The notes: generated by a model from the sequence alone, not told the origin. A DNA stretch of 64,000 nt from the human T2T-CHM13v2.0 reference genome, Homo sapiens (GCF_009914755.1 NC_060930.1), one strand, 5' to 3'. Shown: positions 45,936 through 60,937, counted from the stretch's first letter. Program-made: numbers and translations.

Positions 45936-48669
45936 CTAAAATGACTGGATAAATGAAAAGAATAAATCATACCAGGGCCATAGCTTGCTTTTATGGATAG
46001 TGCTATCTCTTAAGTGAAAAACCACCTTTGGAGTACAGAAATTATATAAAGAAGTAAAAATTAGGCCCTTTGATGATTCTTTAAATCTGATGATTGTATC
46101 ATTACAAAAATTTATTGTAAAATTTTAGCCAACTCTGAAAGCAGCTATGAGAGAAGCATTTTAAACATGAATTCAGGTCCTGTACATTAGGTAAGAGAGC
46201 AGTTAATTTTTATGAACATGATATTGCTTCAAGCTTCCTTTTAAACGTGATGTCTTTAAATATATCCCATAAGAGAATCTACTCAAACACGTACATTTTG
46301 AAAACCGATTTTACCTGCAAATCTTGCCAAATACCTATCACTTCTGTAAATTGCTCTATTTTTTTTTACTCAGAAAGGTATTTGGCTCCATCTCAAAATT
46401 TGAAACTCATTAAAGGAAAATAGTAAGTGATTACAATAATTCTTTAAGCTTTCAATTAATGTATGATTCAATTTGACAAAATGTGATAGAAAAATTTATT
46501 TTTCTAGATTTGCTTGTTGAGGAGAAGTTAATGTTTACAGATAGTAAAAGATAGTTTTAAAGAATTAAAGAAAACAAGAACCCTTTCAGGGATATAATTT
46601 ATACCCTTATGTATAGAAAGATTTTCTAGTCCCTATTATATTTTAAAGAATTACTATTCCATGGAGACATACCAAATAAATGCTACAATTCTGTAAATGA
46701 CTTATAAGAAAAGATAATAGACAGATAATCAGCATACTAGGGCTAGTTTTTGGCTCATTATGTCATTAAACATGTTAGGTCTCAGTTTCTTCATTTATAA
46801 TATAAGATGTTGGACTGGATCTCTTTTCCAAGCCATTTCTCAACATTAAGAATACAGTATGTTTTGTCCAGCAGAGACACATAATTTTTCCAAAGGCAGG
46901 ATAATTGCAGTTAACAAAAATCCTGAGAGCTAGACTAGATGAAGAAGTTGAAAGGTAGCAATGTCTAAGTAAGTTCAACCCAATCAGAAGATGTCCCTTT
47001 GGTCCTGTTAGGTGACCATAACTCCTTTGCACTATTGCTTTATGCCATGGGGTCCAGATTATCCTGTTCCAGTGATATATTTTCTATTAGAAAGGTGTCT
47101 GGGGATAGTTCTGATGTTATTTTAAACTAGAGAGAGGCCCAGAAATAAACCAGCAAGTGACAGATCTAATGAGGTCAATTGCACAGCTTTATGTGAGGCC
47201 AGACAAAGGTGAGTTTGTAAAACACTAGGTTTGCATTGCTGTCTCCATCTTTCATTTCCATATAAATTCAGTAACAGTCTCGAGGCACCAGCAGAAGTAT
47301 AGCATGCTGAACAAAAACCTTTCAAATAGATCCTTTCTTGAAGAATTTCAAGAAGCAGCAGCGGCTATTTAAAGCAGCATGTATGTCATTTTCCATGAGA
47401 AAATTGAACCAAAGAAATTTGCTTTTCCATTGGTGTTATCTTCCTGAATTCTAGATATCTTTATAGATGTACTATAGCTAGAGCTCAAATATTTGTACTC
47501 CAAATGAGCTTTTAAGAGATTCAATCCTTGTTTTCCCAAACCAAGATTACAATAAAAACAGTTTGGACTAGCTAGCACAATTTTATGGTTTATATCACCA
47601 GAGACTAAATATAAAACTTGAAGAAATATGTTTTGCAAGAGATTTATATCTCTTTCCATGTATTAACATTTTAAAAACCTATTGCTTCAGTATTTTTTCT
47701 CAGTCATCATAGTGGCAAATTGCTTGCATGAATAACTGTCCAAATGAAATTAATGATCACTAGCAAAGAGAACACAAATAGTCAACTTGGAATATATCAG
47801 CATGTCCATTTCTGTTTGGTGTCATGTAATAACAATAATTTAAAAAAAAACACACACACACGCATACAACACCTGGTTCCCATTTAAAAAAGAGAAATTA
47901 AACTATAGCTTTTCAATGCTGACCTCCTGAGACAGAAAGGTGAATAAGAGGTGTTTGTTTGTTTTTGAGTGGTACAGCCAATTTTCAGACAAACGCAATG
48001 TTTATTAATGAGGGCAAATTGTATTTTAACCTCTTAGGCTGGGCCTGGAAATTTTGAAGTGCTATTTGTCACATTCTGATATGACAGATTTAGAAATCAG
48101 AATGACTTGTGGCCTACATATAGGCCCAAGAATACAGGGATTCCCGCTTAGCCTCACTTCTGCTCACAGCAGCCAACAATAGTTTAAGAAACATGTGGAG
48201 ATGCTTTGGGATTTTCAGGAATTGTCAATGCCTGTCTCAGTTGACCTAAAACCACCCCACAGGATTTGTAAAATAAAGACCAATTAACCCTCAAAAATAA
48301 CATACTGAGAAGTGTGGTTAAAATAGCAGCACCATTCCTTCTTATTGAAAGGAGTCATCGTTTTTAAAAACAGCATATTCCTGTGAATTAGAGCTATGTA
48401 TTTTGAATTGCGAGTGGGAAATTTGAAACTAAACTATCAGCTATTCTACTTTGAAACTCACTTAATGTAGCACCTGCCTAAGTGTCAGGTGTGTGCTCAA
48501 TGACTGGCTTTATGAGATGGTGTTTTTGTCCAACTTTCTGTTGTAACATGTCAACTCCCTGGGGGCAGACACATCATCTCCAATTTCCTTCCTTACTAGA
48601 TAAGTAGACAGCAAATGCTAAAAAGTTTGGCTGACTGACACATGTTGGCCATTAAGAAAATTAAAACAA

Positions 48670-48845
48670 AAAGATGGAGTTATTGTTTAAAGGGCACAGA
48701 GTTTATGTTTTGCAAGATAAAAAAGTTCTAGAGATGAATGGTAGGATGGTTGCACAACAATGTGAATGTACTTAATGCCACTGAACTGTACATTTAAAAT
48801 TATTTAAAATATTAAATTTTATGTTATATATATTTTAATGCAAAA
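48670..48845 (+). mobile_element. L1MB-type 3' terminal fragment
   Basis: gttctagagatg..tggttgcacaacaatgtgaatgtacttaatgccactgaactgtaca. Confidence 0.8.
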
Positions 48846-49512
48846 ATGATGGAGTCATTAAAGGGGAGAGAAAATGGTAAAAGTGAAACTCAGGCTTATT
48901 TTTATCTATACGTTCACAATTATAGATTGTTTTCTCTTTTCCTTCTTTTCCTTTGCTCACATCAAAGTGACTGATCACTAACCAATGGGGCCATTAAGAT
49001 CTGTCATATGTATAGCTTGAAAGTGTTTCTTCTTAAGTGTTCTTGATTGTATTATATATTTCTTTTTTTTTAATCCGATTTGAAACAAAGAGATAGAAAA
49101 TGCAAAAGGACCAAAGGTTTTATTAATTGTAGTATTACCCTATCTAAGTCAGGGCATACACTACTGAGAGGAATGTGAGAGGTGCTGATCCAGGATCTAC
49201 CACTACTGAGCCCAACTTCATTTTTGCAAAATCACTTTGGGATCACTTCCAGCCCATAGAATCCTTTTTCACATGGGGAGGAAGATGCCAAGAAGTTCTG
49301 GATTTGTAAGAGAACTGTGGCCACAGGATGGGGGCAGAACAAAGGAGATATAGAAATGGATATTCTTTAGGTCCAGAAGAGGAAGGAAAAGAGAAAAAAA
49401 AGTCTTTAATTTCTCCAGTGAATAATTTTTCTGATATGATTAATCTGTCATACTTCCACTGTTCTGTAAAAGCTACTCTATACATGTTAATATTTTCCTG
49501 TGTGTGATTTAA

Positions 49513-49946
<434 letters not shown>

Positions 49947-50634
49947 AGTACGTTCAGAATATAAACTTTTGGCATGTTAAAATGTAAAAGATTATTTTAT
50001 GTATTTTTTAAACTATTGGAATGAAATATAAAAGCAATAACAAGTCAAAGATGTTGGCTTATAGTAAACCAAACTAAGCTGGTTTGGAATATATAAAAGT
50101 TGCTTGTTGTAATAATTATGTTTGTTTCTTTAGTGAATAGTGCAACTAAATAAATAGCCTTCAAAAATAATCCTTCAAATACTTGAACTAAAAACTTGAT
50201 AGAACTTGGTGTTCAAGTTGGTGGAATACTTGAAGTGTTCTGGTGTAAATCAGCTAGTAAATGAAAATTTAGGTAAGCTTTTGAGAGTACATATTTCTTA
50301 TTGATCTCTTCCTTTTTAAATTGGTTTCTTATATGGTATATAAGAAAGTATCTGTTAGAACAAAAAGACTGAAATAAATGGCTAGAGGCTGGACATGTTT
50401 CTTTGAATGCAGTTTTTGACCTGAGTGTGTCCTGTGGTAGGTGACAGGTACTGTCCCAATATCCTCACTTATTTGACAGTCCCCATTTAGTCATGAGTTT
50501 AGTGGAGAAATAGAGCATGTATAGTATTTGCTAGATGCAAGGACAAGCACACTGAGCTCACTTCATAACCACATGCTCATCACTGCCCTTGGATAATATA
50601 GTAAGGTTCTCTCTCTTCCTCTCTGTCTTGCTTA

Positions 50635-50988
<354 letters not shown>

Positions 50989-53949
50989 TCACTTATAACA
51001 ATATCAGAATCACAGATTTGTATCACAGTTAAGTGGCAGTTGGCCTCAAAGTGGAAGTGGAATACAGGCCCACTCAGTCATAGAAAACTACAATCTAGGC
51101 TCTTCCAAATTCATTATATTTGTGGGCAACAGGAAAGAGAAACCTGGAGTTATGATTGTGGATGTAGATTTGTATCCCTTGGCAAGAGAACACTGGAACT
51201 GACATCTTACAAAACTGGGAGTCGGTTGTAGAAAGGATGACTCCCTAAAAACACCTAGATTAAAGGAAGATAGTATGGACTCTTCCCAATTTGCCAAGTA
51301 ATTATTTGGAGCACCTATTATATCAATCATGTAATGACTAAGAAGTAGTACCCAAGGTACCATTTTCTGGGAGATGTTGATACAGGAAATTTTATCTTAA
51401 GGTATATGTATAAAGACAGGTTATTTTCACTTTAAGACAAAATAAATAGCTAACATTTAGAGAGCTCAAACTGTTTTTGAAACACTCTTCTCTGTATTAT
51501 TTTATTTAATATTTGCATCGCTACAAGATGCTACTGTTATCATCAAACTCTCTTACAGAAAAAGAGACAAGTGTCACTGTACTACCTACGCCTACTCTGC
51601 TTAACAAAGGAACCTTCCTATAACCACAGCACCAAAAGATATGTCTCCAGAGAAGCTTCAATCCTCAAATTATGCTTAAGTTAGAATGCCATTTTGAAGC
51701 TAAAATATAAAGATGACTCATTACCTGAATCTGGTACTGGAGACCCTGCAGCAAGTAATGGACATCCCAGTTCATGCCCCATCGCATGGGGTGTGGTTAT
51801 GAGGAACATGAGGGAGACCCGAAGAACTAGATCCAGGTATCACTTCTTCCTGGTGTGAAAGGTCTGGAGACTGACATTAGAATTTATTGTTACACCATTA
51901 TATTAAATTTCTTTAGGAAGTTTATATTCTCCTTATTAAAGAATATGGGGCCAGCCATTTCCCACAAATCCTCCACTTGACTTTATAAGCTTAGTAATTA
52001 GCAGTGCCAAGATTTTTGTTGTCCAGAGTAAATAAAACTAGGTAAACATCATCTTAGATATTTGAATCATCTCTGTGTCATATTAAATATATTATTTCTC
52101 TGGGTCTCAGTTTTTTAACCCATAGAATTAAGAAGTTCAAGCAGATAAGTCCTACAAAGCCCTTTCAACTGTAAAATTCTGTAGATTCCAGGGCATGATG
52201 GGAATCATAGCCTCATGTAGTTGCCGAAATGGTGCTTCTTATCTTGGACATAGACAATGTCTTAGAGTTCTTTACCTGAAGCCTCACAAAACATTTAGCT
52301 ATATATGTTTACCTGCTCATACTCCATGTTTGAAGGGTGTGGGGGGATGGGGTAATTTTTCTGCCTAGTCTCCTCTGTAAACCCTCTTCAGCTGATGACG
52401 TGGGAAGCCCAGACCCTCTCCTAAGGAGGAAGGCCTTCCCAGGTGTGATTCATTTGTTTTTATCTTCCTTCTCCCCACCCTAGGAAGAGGAGGTACCTGG
52501 GCAGCCTAACTGTCTCTAAACTACAGTAGTTACTGCCTAGCAGGGTTTGGGTGCCTGTAAGCTCTATTGGGTAGTATAGTGCAGGTGTGTTGTGACTTGT
52601 CTTTAGTGCTAATTGGCCATGACAGTAATAATTGCAGATGACGTGAAGCCTGAGGAGTGCTGAGAAAGGTGTACTGTCTACATGATAATGGATAATTGAA
52701 TATTTCTCCTTTCTGTTTCACAGCTTTGTGAACACCAGATCTGGCAGATTTAAGCTGAGGCCTGTAAGTTCATTTGCCATTTTCTTCCACCACAAGTGGC
52801 CCCTGCTGGGCTGATCTGTTCTTCCACTTGTTCCTCTGGCACCTGCCCATGTGGAGGGGATTCTTCAATAGGGCACATCTGTTGTAGCCTCACAGATTCT
52901 TCTGCTGTTGGAGAGCCCTGTGTGTGGAAGAGTCCCTTTGTGTGAAAATCATCCAGCCTCAACCACACAGTTCAGCAATTTTGCTGAAAGGAACAGTCTT
53001 GGCTGCACTTGGTGAGTCAGGATGACATTAGCAATCTTGCCTTGTTTCTGCTTTGCAGAAGGAAGAATCCCAGCTTCTATTCTTAGCTTGTGCTGTGGCT
53101 ATACAGATAAATCATATGGTTTTCATGCTTGAACTGTATCAGACCTTATCTATTTGACAACACCTTTGTAAGACCTCTAAGTAGCAAGATCCTATGAGTG
53201 TTATCTACAGTAACATACAACCCTTAAACTGTATTCCTACACATTTTCTATTAGTCAGTAGTCACCAATTGCAGTTAAAAGCAAAAAGAGTGTTTTTGAT
53301 GAAAAGAACAAAAGATTGCTTGTTTAGTCCCTCAGTTTTTTGAGTCACTTGTTGCTGCAGCTTTTAAAATTCAAGTTCTTTATCTTCTATTGTCTGAGAT
53401 TGTTCATTGCTATTTGGCATATTTATGGGGGTCTAACAACTTTGTGTCACTGGAACCTATTCTGGTTTTCACTCTACTGTGGGTGAATCAACATTTGCGG
53501 TCTTTTTTTTTTTTTCTTTTTTTGAGGGGGAAATGTTGGTAAGCCCTAAGCCCTGAAGGAAACTCCAGTTTGTTCTTTGAACTTCTTTTGTCCTCTATGA
53601 TTTGCTATAGTAACTGCCATACTTTGGGCATCTTTATTTGTATTTCAGTCTGTGACTAGCAGGAGGAAGGCCCTCCTGAAGGTAAACATCACCAATCAAC
53701 TCTTGTTTTTGTATTCCTAATACCTGGCATTGTGCTTATTTGGATAGATAGACAAATAATTAGATGAAATTTAGGTTTAATATTTGATGTTGTTCACAAA
53801 TGATGTTTTGCATAGATAGCCAAATAATCTGAAGGAGTTTTCTTCATAAATCTTGCTAAGCTAAAAAAAAAAATGTACTTGTGATAAGTTTTAGCTATCC
53901 TGCAACTCCACCAGTTTCTCCTCATTTATCACACATGTGCTACCTTTAT

Positions 53950-54585
53950 TTGCCTCTCTGCCAAGACTGTTCATGAATGGCCACACTCTCATAGCCACCA
54001 TGTAATCCCCAACATCTTCAATATCTCAGTCCTACTGACCATCTCTGCTTTCTTGAAAGTCTCCCTTCCTTCTTGTAAATTACACCGCTGAACTGCTTCT
54101 CTTCACTGCTTATTTCAAAGGGCTGTGTTTTTTTCTGTTTAGAAAATGTTGGCTTTTCTAAATATTCAGTGTCTGCCTTTTTAAAAAATATCATCTCTCT
54201 TGTTTGGGGATCATTGATCACCTATCATCTCTAGGCACACCTGTATCTGTTGCCCTGCTGTCTCTTCTATGACCTATGCCTACATTTTCAATTGCTTGTT
54301 CCACATCCCAACTTAGGTGCTCTACCAACCCCCCACCAACATAAACATTTATTTTACTGAATGAGTTTTCAGAAGGCTGGCTTCTTCTCATTTTCTTAAT
54401 TCTGTTGAGAGCACTTCTCCTTTCTTGGTATCCCAGGATAAATGCCTTGGTGTCACCTTTGATTCTTGTGCTTTTATTTCTCCATCTCTGGTGGGAGAGT
54501 CCTGAAGATTCTGTACCTGAAGATACAGGTAGGGACCTGTATCTGTCCAATTTGTTCTCCTCATTTCATACAGTGACAACCACTT
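53950..54585 (+). mobile_element. L2 fragment, 5' part; continues at 61617-62150 after the provirus
   Basis: L2-like sequence on both sides of HERV-L, ending gtgtggcacatag. Confidence 0.6.
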
Positions 54586-55029
54586 TGTGATGGTTAACAC
54601 TGAGTGTCAACTGGATTGGATTGAAGGATGCAAAATATTGATCCTGGGTGTATCTGTGAGGGTGTTGCCAAAGGAGATTAACTTGAGTCAGTGGACCAGG
54701 AAAGGCAGACCCACCCTTAATCTGGGTGGGCACCATTTAATCAGCTGCCAGTACAGCTAGAATATAAAGCAGGCAGAAAAATGTGAAAGGACTAGACTGG
54801 CCTAGCCTCCAAACCTGTATCTTTCTTCTGTGCTGGATGCTTCCTGCCCTTGAACATCAAACTCCAAGTTCTTCAGTTTTGAGACTTGGACTGGCTTTCC
54901 TTCCTCCTCAGCTTGCAGATGGCCTATTGTGGGACCTTGTGATAGTGTGAATTAATACTTAATAAACTCCCCTTTAAATATATATCTATCTGATTAGTTC
55001 TGTACCTCTACAGAACCCTGACTAATACA
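54586..55029 (+). repeat. 5' LTR (MLT2A1/A2)
   Basis: tgtgatggttaa...ctgactaataca; TATAAA and AATAAA present; followed by PBS-like gatcttgggaccaggggtggttct. Confidence 0.95.
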
Positions 55030-55121
55030 GATCTTGGGACCAGGGGTGGTTCTAGAGGAACAGTATATTAAGGACAGAGTTCTTTTCTTGGTTTTGGGGT
55101 TTCTGGAGTTGGCTGCTTAAT

Positions 55122-56790
55122 ATGATTAGACCCCAAAATGCTAAGGATTCTAATTCTAATAGTATGGAGAAGACTGATGCTCCTTGGCATGAACTGTTTA
55201 GAGAGTTATGCAAAATAAATGCATTTAACACTCCTGATTCACTGCTCATGAGAGACAAGGAGTTTAGTGATTCTATACATAATGGCTTTGACCATATGTG
55301 GAGAACCAAGGAACATAATGAAGCTGGTTGGTTGCTCCTAAGTTCAATGGACAAAGTGATAAAAGAAAATAAGCTCAGGGATTCTAATTCATGGCTTCAG
55401 AAGCAGATACAGAGCCTCAAATCTACTAAGATTACCCTGAGTGAGAGTCTTATCTCCTAAAGAGAAAGAGCTGAAATTGTGGAAAAACAGACACAAATTC
55501 TTATCATGCGAGTGGCTGACCTGCAACAAAAGATGCATCCACAGCCTCGCCCGGTGTCTACTGTTAAAGTGAGGACATTGATTGGAAGAGAATGGGATAT
55601 GTGGGAGGACCCTGATGAAGCTGGGGACACTGGGTTTGTAAGCTCTGATGAAACTTTATTGCCCAAAGAAACAGTTTCCCCATCCCCAGTAGTGGCAACA
55701 TCCCCTCCCAGACCCATGCTGCCATCAGCCTTTCCACCTTTGTCTGAGGAGATAAACCCTGTGCTGCCTGAGGCAACAGTGATGGCCTCCCCTGAGGCAG
55801 TTGCCAGGCAAGATAATGTTGATTCTCTTCAGGAGCCACCCCCCAACACCCCTGTTTGCTTCTAGACCTATAACTAGACTAAATTCCCAGAAGGCCCCTA
55901 GAGGTGAAGTTGAGAGTGTGACCCATGAGTAGGTGAGCTACATTAGAAAAGAATTGCTTGAGTTTTCTAATTTATACAAGCAGAAATTTGGAGAACAGGC
56001 ATGGAAATGGATATTAAGGGTGTGGAATAACGGTGGAAGGAACATAAAAGTTGGATCAGGCTGAATTTATTGATTTGGGCCCACTAAGTAGAAACTCTGC
56101 ATTTAATATTGCAGCTTGGGGAATTAAAAAAGATTCTGATAGTTTATTTGCCTGGTTGGCTGAAATATGCATTAAAAGATGGCCCACTGTGAGTGAGTTG
56201 GAAATGCCTGATCTCCCTTGGTTTAATGCAGAGGAAGGGATCCAAAGGCTTAGGGAGATTGGGATGGGTGGAGTGGATTAGTCACTTTAGACCTACTCAT
56301 CCCAGCTGAGAGGGTCCAGAAAATATACCCTTGACCAATGCCTTGTGAAATAGATTTGTGAGGGCAGCACCTGCGTCTTTGAAGAGCACTGTAATTGCTC
56401 TTCTCTGTACGTCAGATCTAACAGTGGGAACTGCAGTCACTCAACTACAAAATTTAAATACAATGGGAATAATTGGATCCTGAGGTGGCAGGGGCCAAGT
56501 GGCAGCACTCAACCATCAAAGGCAAGGTGGGCATACCTACTGTAATGAACAGCAGAGGCAAAGCAGCATTTATAATAGTCTGACTCCTATAGTGCTCTAG
56601 CATTGGCTAATTAATCAGGGTGTTTCTAGAACACCATGAAATTGAGAGGAAGCTTACTGCATTCCTACTTAATTTATATACACAGAAAAATTTCTAGGTT
56701 TTATGGACAAAAGACTAATTTGAATTACGAAAACAGAATAAAGGCCCCTCAATCAATTTCTAGACTTAAGCCAGTTTACAGACCCAGAAC
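55122..56790 (+). pseudogene. ERVL gag remnant
   Basis: ORFs 55122-55460, 55479-55865 and 56051-56281 are ERVL Gag-like; many stops and frameshifts. Confidence 0.85.
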
Positions 56791-56793
56791 CCC

Positions 56794-59620
56794 TTGAATG
56801 AAGGGGAGGCTGGGTCCCCTTGTGAAGGGGATCCTACTACACTATCGACAATTTATGCTGTTAATCTTTCTCCCATCCTCCCCCAAGAAGATCTCCAGCC
56901 TTTTACCAGGGTAACTGTTCACTGGGGAAAGGGAAATGATCAGACATTTCGGGGACTACTGGACACTGGCTCTGAGCTGACATGGATTCCAGGGGACCCA
57001 AAATGTCATTGTGGTCCTCTAGTTAAAGTAGGGTTTTATGAAGGTCAGGTAATTAGTAGAGTTTTAGCTCAGGTACGACTTACAGTGGGTCCTCGCACTC
57101 ATCCTGTGGTCATTTCCCCAGTGCCAGAATACATAATTGGCATAGACATACTTAGCAGCTGGCAAAACCCCCACATTGGCTCCCTGACTGGTAGGGTGAG
57201 GGATATTAGGGTGGAAAAGGCCAAATGGAAGCCATTAGAGCTGCCTCTACCTAGAAAAATAGTAAATCAGAAACAATGTTGCATCCCTGGAGAGATCGTG
57301 AAGATTAGTGCCACCATCAAGGACTTGAAAGATGCAGGGGTGGTGATTCCCACCACATTCCCATTCAACTCTCTTAATTGGCCTGTGCAGAAGACAGATG
57401 GATCTTGGAGAATGATACTGTAAGCTTAACAAAGTGGTGACTCCAATTGCAGCTGCTGTACAAGATGTGGTTTTATTGCTTGAGCAAATTAACACATCTC
57501 CTGGTACCTGGTATGCACCCATTGACTTGGCACATGCCTTTTTCTACATTCCTGTCCATAAGGCCCACCAGAAGCAATTTATTTTCAGCTGGCAAGGCCA
57601 GCAATATACATTTACTGTCCTACCTCAGGGGCATGTCGACTCTCTGGCTTTGTGTCATAATCTTATTGGGAGATAACTTGATTGCTTTTTGCTTCCACAA
57701 GATATCACGTTGGTCCATTACATTGATGACATTATGCTGATTGGATCCAGTCAGCAAACACACTGGACTATTGGTGATACATTTGCTTGCCAGAGTTTGG
57801 GAAATAAACCTGATTAAAATTCAGGGACCTTCTACCTCAGTAAAATTTCTAAAGGTCTAGTGGTGTGGGACCTGTCGAGATATTCCTTCTAAGGTGAAGG
57901 ATAAGTTGTTGCACTTGGCCCCTCCTACAACCAAGAAAGGGGCACAGTGCCTACTGGACCTATTTGGATTTTGGAGGCAACATATTCCTCATTTGGGTGT
58001 GTTACTCCAGCCCATTTATTGAGTGACCTGAAAGGCTGCCAGTTTTGAGTGGGGTCCAGAACAGGAGAATGCTCTGCAACAGATCCAGGCTGCTGTGCAA
58101 GCTACTGTGCCACTTGGGCCATATGACCCAAGAGATCCAATGGTGGTTGAGTTGTCAGTGGCAGACAGGGATTCTGTTTGGAGCCCTTGGCGGGCCCCCA
58201 TAGGTGAATCACAGTGGAGGCCTCTAGGGTTTTTGAGCAAGACCCTGCCATCTTCTGCAGATAACTACTCTCCTTTTGAGAAACAGTTCTTGGCCTTTTA
58301 CTGAGTTTTGGTGAATGTTAGACTATGAGTCATCAAGTCACCATGTGACCTGAACTGCCTATCATGAACTGGGTGCTTTCTGACCCATGTAGTCATAAAG
58401 TGGGTCATGCACAGCAGCATTCCACCATCAAATGGAAGTGGTATATACGTGATTGGGCTCTAGCAGGTTCTGAAGGCATAAGTAAGTTACATGATGAAGT
58501 GTCTCAAATGCCCATGGTCTCCACTCCTGCCACCCTGCCTTCTCTCCCCTAGCCTTCACTGATGGCCTCAGGGGGAATTTCCTATGAACAGCTGACAGAG
58601 GAAGAGAAGACTAGGGCCTGGTTTACAGATTGTTCTGCACAATATGCAGGCACCACCCGAAAGTGGACGGCTGCAGCACTACAGCCCCTTTCTAGGACAT
58701 CCCTGAAGGACAGCAGTGTCAGGAAATCTTCCCAGTGGGCAGAACTTTGAGCAGTGTGCCTAGTTGTGTATTTGCCTTGAAGGAGAAATGGCCAGATGTG
58801 CAATTATATACTGATTTATGGACTGTCATCAATTGTTTGGCTGGATGGTCAGGTACTTGGAAGAAGCATGATTGGAAAATCAGTGATGAAGAAATTTGGG
58901 GAAGAAGTATGTGGATGGACCTCTCTGAGTGGTCAAAAACTGTGAAGATGTTTGTATCCTATGTGAGCACTCACCAACGGGTCACCTCAGCAAAGGAGGA
59001 TTTTAATAATCAAGTGGATAGGATAACCTGTTCTGTGGACACCACTCAGCCTCTTTCCCCAGTCACCCCTGTCATCATCTGATGGGCCTATGAACAAAGT
59101 GGCCATGGTGGCAGGGATGGAGGTTACACATGGGCTCAGCAACATGGACTTCCACTCACCAAGGCTGACCTGGCTATGGCCACTGCTAAGTGCTCAATTT
59201 GTCAGCAGCAGAAACCAACACTGAGCCCTCTATATGGCACCATTCCTCAGGGTCATCAGCCAGCTACGTGATGGTAGGTTGATTATATTGTACCTCTTCC
59301 AACATGGAAAGGGCAGAGTTTTGTCCTCACTGGAATAGACACTTACTCCAGATATGGGTTTGCCTATCCTATGTGCAATGCTTCTGCCAAGACTACCATC
59401 CGTGGACTAATGCTTTATGCACTGTCATGGTATTCTACATTGCCTCTGACCAAGGCACTCACTTTTTCAGCTAAATATGTGTCACAGTGGGCTCATGCTC
59501 ATAGAATTCACTGGTCTTACCATGTTCCTCATCCTGAAGCAGCTGGATTGGTAGAACTGTGGAATGGTCATTTGAAGTCACAATTACAATGACAGTACTT
59601 TGCAGGGCTGGCCAGAAGGC
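56794..59620 (+). pseudogene. ERVL protease-RT-RNaseH-integrase remnant
   Basis: LLDTGSELT (DTG at 56962-70), WPVQKTDGSWR, LPQG, YIDD (57719-30), RNase H WFTD and SSQWAEL, integrase zinc-finger and core fragments. Confidence 0.92.
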
Positions 59621-59779
59621 CGTGTATGCTCTGAATCAGCATCCAATATATGATACTGTTTCTCCCATAGCCAGGATTCATGGTCCAGGAATCAAGGTGG
59701 GGAAAGTGGAAGTAGAACTACTCACCATCACCCCTAGTGATCCACTAGCAAAGTGTTTGCTTCCGGTTCCCACGACATT

Positions 59780-60075
59780 ATGTTCTGCTGGCCTAGAGGT
59801 CTTAGATCCAGAGGGAGAAATTCTGCCACCAGGAGACAACAATGATTCCATTAAACTAAAAGTTAAGATTGCCACCTGGACACTTTGGATTCCTCCTACT
59901 TTTAAGTCAACAGGCTAAGAAGGAAGTTACAGTGTTTGCTGGGGTGATTGACCCAGACTATCAAGACAAAATCAGTCTACTGCTCCACAGGAGAGGTAAG
60001 GAAGAGAATGCATGGAAGACAAGAGATTCATTAGGGCATCTCTTAGTATTACCATGCCTTGTGATTAAGGTAATG
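59780..60075 (+). pseudogene. ERVL dUTPase remnant
   Basis: SAGLEV, PPGHFG and AGVIDPDYQ dUTPase-type motifs downstream of integrase, as in HERV-L. Confidence 0.8.
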
Positions 60076-60665
60076 GGAAACTACAACAGCCCAATTCAGG
60101 CAGGAGTACAAATGGCCCAGACCCTTCATAAATGAAGGTTTGGTCACTCCACTATAAAAAAAAACCACTACCTGCTGAGGTGCTTGCTGAAGGCAAAGGG
60201 AATATAGAATGGGTAGTAGAAGAAGGTAGTCATCAATACCAACTGCAACCACATGACCAGCTGCAGAAACGAGTACTGTAACGGTCATGAGTATTTCCTC
60301 CTTCTTGTGTTAAAAACGCGTTTGTACATGTATACACTTGTACTAACAAAGTATCTTCATTTATTTCCTTTTCCTTTATCATGTAACATAAGATTTATTG
60401 ATTTGATATCAGCATTTAAGTATTTTTTTAAATGCAAAAAATATTTATGTAGTTAAAAATTTTAAGGACAAAAATGTTAAAGATAAAGATATTTCATATT
60501 GACAAAATTTTTAAAAATCCATTGAAAATGAAAATGATACTAATGACTTTCAAGTACCTAATATTGCTTCAAAATATATATTAAATATAGAAAAAAATTG
60601 CTAAAAGAAATGAACAAATACAAAATACTATTAGGACTCTTTTTTTTTTTTCCTAGCACATACGA

Positions 60666-60937
60666 TTTTTTTTTTTTTATACTTTAAGTTTTAGGGTACA
60701 TGTGCACAATGTGCAGGTTAGTTATATATGTATACATGTGCCATGCTGGTGTGCTGCACCCATTAACTCGTCATTTAGCATTAGGTGTATCTCCTAAAGC
60801 TATCCCTTCCCCCTCCCCCCACCACACAACAGTCCCCAGAGTGTGATGTTCCCCTTCCTGTGTCCATGTGTTCTCCTTGTTCAATTCCCACCTATGAGTG
60901 AGAACATGTGGTGTTTGGTTTTTTGTCCTTGCGATAG
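60666..60937 (-). mobile_element. Short L1PA2/3-like 3' end inserted in HERV-L
   Basis: T tract, then ttttagggtacatgtgcacaatgtgcaggttagtta...catttagcattagg. Confidence 0.93.

Noticed and set aside
48065-48105. Hairpin cattctgat...atcagaatg as a pre-miRNA
   Set aside because: The stem is only about 9-11 bp, too short.
55122-60135. HERV-L ORFs as a domesticated gene (Fv1-like gag or protease)
   Set aside because: Numerous stops, frameshifts and small deletions; the longest piece (209 aa) lacks an ATG start; nothing suggests purifying selection.
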